A DNA stretch of 64,000 bases from an uncultured Desulfurococcaceae archaeon (GTDB taxonomy: Archaea; Thermoproteota; Thermoprotei_A; Sulfolobales; NBVN01), in contig CAZVLA010000004.1 of assembly GCA_964627805.1 (NCBI GenBank), positions 5,310-69,309 on the forward strand. Direction: 5' to 3'. The notes under the pieces are model-generated. The model searched no databases. It was not told where the DNA came from and saw only the letters and a list, made by a program, of their open reading frames with translations. This document shows, one piece after another, positions 60,581 through 64,000 of this stretch. Position 1 is the first letter of the stretch, and each line of letters starts with the position of its first letter. Position numbers and translations under genes: made by a program.

Positions 60581-62332
60581 CTATTTCACCAAACCTAGTA
60601 TTTGAAGATAATGCTCAATCTTTTGCTCTAGTTCTTCTCTCTCTTTAGTTAATCGTTTAATCTCACTCCATAGTTTTGCTATGTCTGCTTGCTCTGTTGT
60701 GATTAGTGGTTGTACGTAGATTGTTACGTTGAGGTTGTAGTCGTTCTTTCTTATCTCTTCTAAGGGTACTATTCTTGAGAATCCTGGTTCCTCGCGGTAT
60801 TCTTTATAGGCCTTTACGATTTTCTCAATGTTTTCTTCGGCTAGTATATTCAGTCTCCTGACCTCGGGATGTGGTTTGTACTCGTTGCTCGCGTTTATGA
60901 ATAATATTTTGCCTTTCCTCTCGGGTGGTTTCTGCTTGTTAAAGACTAGGATTACTCCTGGTGCCTGTGTGTTGTAGAAGAGCTTCTCTGGTAGCAGTAT
61001 TACTGCTTCGAGCAGATCATCCTCCACTATCCTCTTCCTTATCTCTTTCTCTCTGCCTCCTCTGAAGAGTACTCCTTGGTCTATTACTACAGCCATCTTC
61101 TTCTTGGTGTAGGCTAGCATTAGCTGTATCCATGCCCAGTCAGCTGTGTTGTTTGGTGGATATCCATACCTATAGATCCTTCTTAGCTTGGGATCCTTAG
61201 AAAGGACTTCTTCTCCATAGCCATCCTGGTTCCATGGTGGATTCGCTAGTACGTAGTCGGCTTCGGGAAATCTCGGGTTTAGTAGGCTGTCTCCAACGTA
61301 TAGTTCGAAGTCTCTGATATTGTTGAGTAGTAGGTTGAGCTTTGCGAGTACAGCTGTGATCTCGTTTCTCTCCTGAGCATAGAGCATTAGGTCAGGCTCC
61401 GCATGCTCTCCTCCTTCTTGTATGAGCTTTGATCTAACGTACTTGTAGGATTCTATGAGCATTGCTGCTGAACCAGCGGCGGGGTCAAGGACCGTGCTTC
61501 CGTTTTCAACGTCTAGTAGGCGTACCATGAGTTTAATTACTTCTCTTGGTGTGTAGACTTCTCCCTCCTTAGCCTTCTGAGGTGCAAAGTAGCCTAGAAT
61601 CCACTGGTAGGCTTCTCCGAGGATATCGTAGTCTACCTGTGATAGGTCTAGCTCGTTGAAGAGCTTTACTATCCCCTCAAGTATGTGCATGTTGTCTTCA
61701 CTTATGAATCCAGTTAAGCCTAGTACCTCGACAAGCTTTGAAAGTTCCCTTATCTCTTCGTTTAATTCAGCTATTCTCAGTAGAGCGTTTGTTATCTCTC
61801 TAAGGGTTTCCCTCTTCTTGGTAACTTCATGCCATGTTAACAGTTTCTGTTCATCCTCGTCGTAGAGGACAAAGTATTCCCTGTTAGCTAGTAGATAAGC
61901 CTCTGTAACGCTACATCCCTCACTAACATACTTCTTGACTAGGGCCTGCCACTTATCACTAATAGCCTTGTAGAACAGAAACAGGAGAAGAACCTTGTAA
62001 TCGACGCCGCCACGAATAAGGTCAGCACCAGCTTTTAAAGCTTTGAACAGGCGGTCCCTGGTAACCTTTTTCTCGGCGGGTATTACAAGCCTATAAACAC
62101 TATACCTATGGTCGAGAGCATACTTCTCTACACGGACAAGACCGTGTTTTTGAAGTATTGAGAGAAGCTCCTTAACACTACCAGTCTCAATACCAGCTTT
62201 CCGGAGAGCCTCTTCGGCTTCAGAGAGCATGAATGGCCTTGAACCAAACGTCTTCTCTAGAATGAGATAGCGCTTCTTAACCCAGTTCTCAACGTGAGCA
62301 AGCCTCTCCCAGACACTACCCACTAGCCTCAC
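60581..62332 (-). CDS. hsdM: Type I restriction-modification M subunit (N6-adenine methyltransferase) with N-terminal extension
   Basis: HsdM_N-like ADLIRGGVDYKVLLLFLFYKAISD, SAM motif VLDPAAGSAAM, catalytic LANPPWNQ. About 95 extra N-terminal residues look like a winged helix. Confidence 0.9.
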   Translation of the reverse strand: MRLVGSVWERLAHVENWVKKRYLILEKTFGSRPFMLSEAEEALRKAGIETGSVKELLSILQKHGLVRVEKYALDHRYSVYRLVIPAEKKVTRDRLFKALKAGADLIRGGVDYKVLLLFLFYKAISDKWQALVKKYVSEGCSVTEAYLLANREYFVLYDEDEQKLLTWHEVTKKRETLREITNALLRIAELNEEIRELSKLVEVLGLTGFISEDNMHILEGIVKLFNELDLSQVDYDILGEAYQWILGYFAPQKAKEGEVYTPREVIKLMVRLLDVENGSTVLDPAAGSAAMLIESYKYVRSKLIQEGGEHAEPDLMLYAQERNEITAVLAKLNLLLNNIRDFELYVGDSLLNPRFPEADYVLANPPWNQDGYGEEVLSKDPKLRRIYRYGYPPNNTADWAWIQLMLAYTKKKMAVVIDQGVLFRGGREKEIRKRIVEDDLLEAVILLPEKLFYNTQAPGVILVFNKQKPPERKGKILFINASNEYKPHPEVRRLNILAEENIEKIVKAYKEYREEPGFSRIVPLEEIRKNDYNLNVTIYVQPLITTEQADIAKLWSEIKRLTKEREELEQKIEHYLQILGLVK

Positions 62333-62337
62333 CTAAC

Positions 62338-62365
62338 CGGTAGACTGCTACAATAGTATCTACCG
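62338..62365. repeat. inverted repeat CGGTAGA-N14-TCTACCG in the hsdM / cas10-like divergent intergenic region
   Basis: Read directly. Also present are CCCTA-N8-TAGGG (62384-62401) and a TAGGGTA direct repeat (62397-62403, 62410-62416). Confidence 0.55.
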
Positions 62366-62431
62366 ATTCGTTTAAAGCCTTTCCCCTAGTTAATAATAGG
62401 GTAGGCTGTTAGGGTAAAGTGAGGTAAGACA

Positions 62432-64000
62432 ATGTGCGATAGCTACTATGTTGTGACGATAGGAGCGTTTCTTCACGACATTGGTAAAATAGTGACGAAT
62501 TACTTGTATGATCACAAGGACTTCATGGTATACATTGAGAAGGGTAGAGGTGTAAAGAGCCATAGGCATGCTAAGGTGGGTTCACTTCTTCTTTCTAACT
62601 ATGGTTTTCCCGAATATATAGTGCATATCGTTGAAAAGCATCATGAAAGTGACGTGAAAGATCCTGTTAAGAAGGTGCAGTGGGCTGATCGGTTTGACGC
62701 CAGCTATAGAGCTGGTACGGCAAGGGATAAGGGAAGGAAACTCCCAATAGAGATTGGCGCAGCAATCGGCTTAGATGTAACGAAGACTCTTCATGGGTTT
62801 GACCTAGGCAATTACGTAAAGCATTTCTTAGAGCATATAAACGATATTATTGTAAGTAATCCGAAACTTGCAGCACTGCTTATAGATGGCTTTTATCGTG
62901 AGGCTACCATTCACCTGAGATCTGATAGTATAGGCGATGATAACATATCACTCTATGCTCATTCTAAAATCGTTGCCGCATTGACTAGCCTAAAAGTACA
63001 ATATCCCGATTCCAACCATGTTTTAGTTGTCATAGAGCCTGCTATTGAAGAGCGAGCACAGTTTATGACTGTTGATGTAATAGAGTACCTCGCAGGTTTA
63101 CACTTATATACTTACTTCGGTGTTTTAGGCGCAGCCTCTTGCATGTTAAATGACCTTAGACTCGACCCATCATTTCATATAGCTTCGGAAATGTCGTCAC
63201 GTTTTGTAGTGATTATAGGAGAGGAACATGTGGGGTTGCTCGTTGATCGTTTAAGAAGGCTCGCGACGGATCTCGCTATGCCTATACATGTTGAATCTTA
63301 CATTATGAGAAGAGGTATACTAAGAAAGGATGCAAACATTAGGATAGAGCCAGAGCCTTTACCACTATCAGCAACTTCCCAGCTTGTATGTGACATATGT
63401 CACCAACCGATATATAATAAAAATTTAATGCTTATCCTAAAGAGAGCGTCAAAAACACTTAGACTTTGCGAGCGTTGTAGCATTATAATGCATACATACA
63501 AGGTTTTAGCAAACAGCAAAGGTATTTTATGCATTAAGAGGGGCGAAGACGGGCTGTTGAAGTACCCGCGGTTAAGCTTAGCAGTAACTCTCTGTGACCC
63601 CTTTGAGGACAGTGACTACATAGTGGCACGTATAGCAGGTTTTCAAGCCAAAAGTATTGAGGACAAAACAGCATTAATACCCTCCATAGATATCTATCTG
63701 AATGTGTTCCGAAAAGAATACAAATACTTTACTGGAATATCATATAAAAGACTATTGAATAAGTTAATTAATGAGGGTAAACTTCATGAATATATATCTA
63801 CCGTTAATATTTTGAACAGGCAGTTAATGCATATTATTGGAGAAGCAAGTCAAAACACTAGGATATATCCGCTTGAGATACTCGATGATAGGGCAATACT
63901 TGAGATATTATCGCCGTTTGACTTAAACTCCATTATTAGTAATTCGATAAAGTCGGAATTGGGGAAATATACCATAATAACTATACTGCGTAGGGGTGCT
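62432..64000 (+). CDS. Cas10/Csm1-like HD-palm protein, 5' partial view (ORF open to the window end)
   Basis: Hand translation gives 523 sense codons from ATG 62432, with in-frame TGA at 62420 and GTGAGGT upstream. Motifs seen: GAFLHDIGKI, HRHAKVG, EKHHES, WADRFDASYR (HD set), ISLYAHSKIVAAL, Cys4 knuckle CDICHQ..CERC, and IYPLEILDD at the position of the Cas10 GGDD motif. Confidence 0.6.
   Translation, partial: MCDSYYVVTIGAFLHDIGKIVTNYLYDHKDFMVYIEKGRGVKSHRHAKVGSLLLSNYGFPEYIVHIVEKHHESDVKDPVKKVQWADRFDASYRAGTARDKGRKLPIEIGAAIGLDVTKTLHGFDLGNYVKHFLEHINDIIVSNPKLAALLIDGFYREATIHLRSDSIGDDNISLYAHSKIVAALTSLKVQYPDSNHVLVVIEPAIEERAQFMTVDVIEYLAGLHLYTYFGVLGAASCMLNDLRLDPSFHIASEMSSRFVVIIGEEHVGLLVDRLRRLATDLAMPIHVESYIMRRGILRKDANIRIEPEPLPLSATSQLVCDICHQPIYNKNLMLILKRASKTLRLCERCSIIMHTYKVLANSKGILCIKRGEDGLLKYPRLSLAVTLCDPFEDSDYIVARIAGFQAKSIEDKTALIPSIDIYLNVFRKEYKYFTGISYKRLLNKLINEGKLHEYISTVNILNRQLMHIIGEASQNTRIYPLEILDDRAILEILSPFDLNSIISNSIKSELGKYTIITILRRGA

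Larger units (their letters stand above)
53903..64000. mobile_element. tRNA-Arg-associated genomic island (left end at the tRNA 3' end; right end beyond the window)
   Basis: A degraded tyrosine integrase lies immediately 3' of an intact tRNA. The integrase module shifts abruptly to CGC/CTG/GCG/GAG codons. The cargo is defence genes: a Type I R-M operon and a Cas10-like gene. No second att copy is seen in the window. Confidence 0.55.

Noticed and set aside
1-64000. A CRISPR array or other cas genes that might accompany the Cas10-like ORF
   Set aside because: I found no regularly spaced 24-40-nt direct repeats anywhere in the window. No Cas1/Cas2/Cas6/RAMP-like ORFs appear in the 8.5 kb upstream of 62432, and the intergenic gaps are too short to hold an array. 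Sequence beyond 64000 cannot be judged.

Overview
Gene-dense chromosome segment of a hyperthermophilic crenarchaeon. Lineage markers are reverse gyrase, two Alba paralogues, ribosomal protein S26e, aIF5A, PCNA/PriS/GINS and intron-containing tRNAs with encoded CCA. A Thermoproteales-like origin is only a guess. Positions 1 to about 53.8 kb are core housekeeping: translation (aIF2-alpha, aIF5A, SRP54, ProRS, r-proteins S27e/L44e/S26e/L21e/L10e, Dph2, Pus10, KsgA, Nop10), transcription (RpoF, RpoL, TFS), RNA processing (Csl4, Sm, FAU-1, Clp1-like kinase), replication and repair (PCNA, PriS, GINS, XPB, RadB-like, Ogt, reverse gyrase) and metabolism (CTP synthase, archaeal SAM synthetase, hexulose-phosphate synthase, TreT, CDP-archaeol synthase, and a contiguous UbiD/AcnX cluster of the modified archaeal mevalonate pathway). 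Three tRNAs are present: Leu-CAG and Asp-GTC with introns, and Arg-TCG. Two candidate C/D-box sRNAs and one untracked small gene (nop10) were found by eye. At 53.8 kb, tRNA-Arg(TCG) marks the left end of an accessory island. The island carries a decayed tyrosine integrase with foreign G+C-rich codon usage (in-frame TAG plus a frameshift) and a Type I R-M operon (hsdM-hsdS-hsdR plus a DUF45/M48-like peptidase). Divergent from hsdM is a 523-codon ORF that is missing from the supplied track because it runs off the window end. I translate that ORF as a divergent Cas10/Csm1-like protein with an intact HD motif set, a Cys4 knuckle, and ILDD where canonical Cas10 has the GGDD cyclase motif. No CRISPR array or other cas gene is visible in the window, and this is the most interesting locus. 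Most short antisense ORFs in the track are shadow ORFs.
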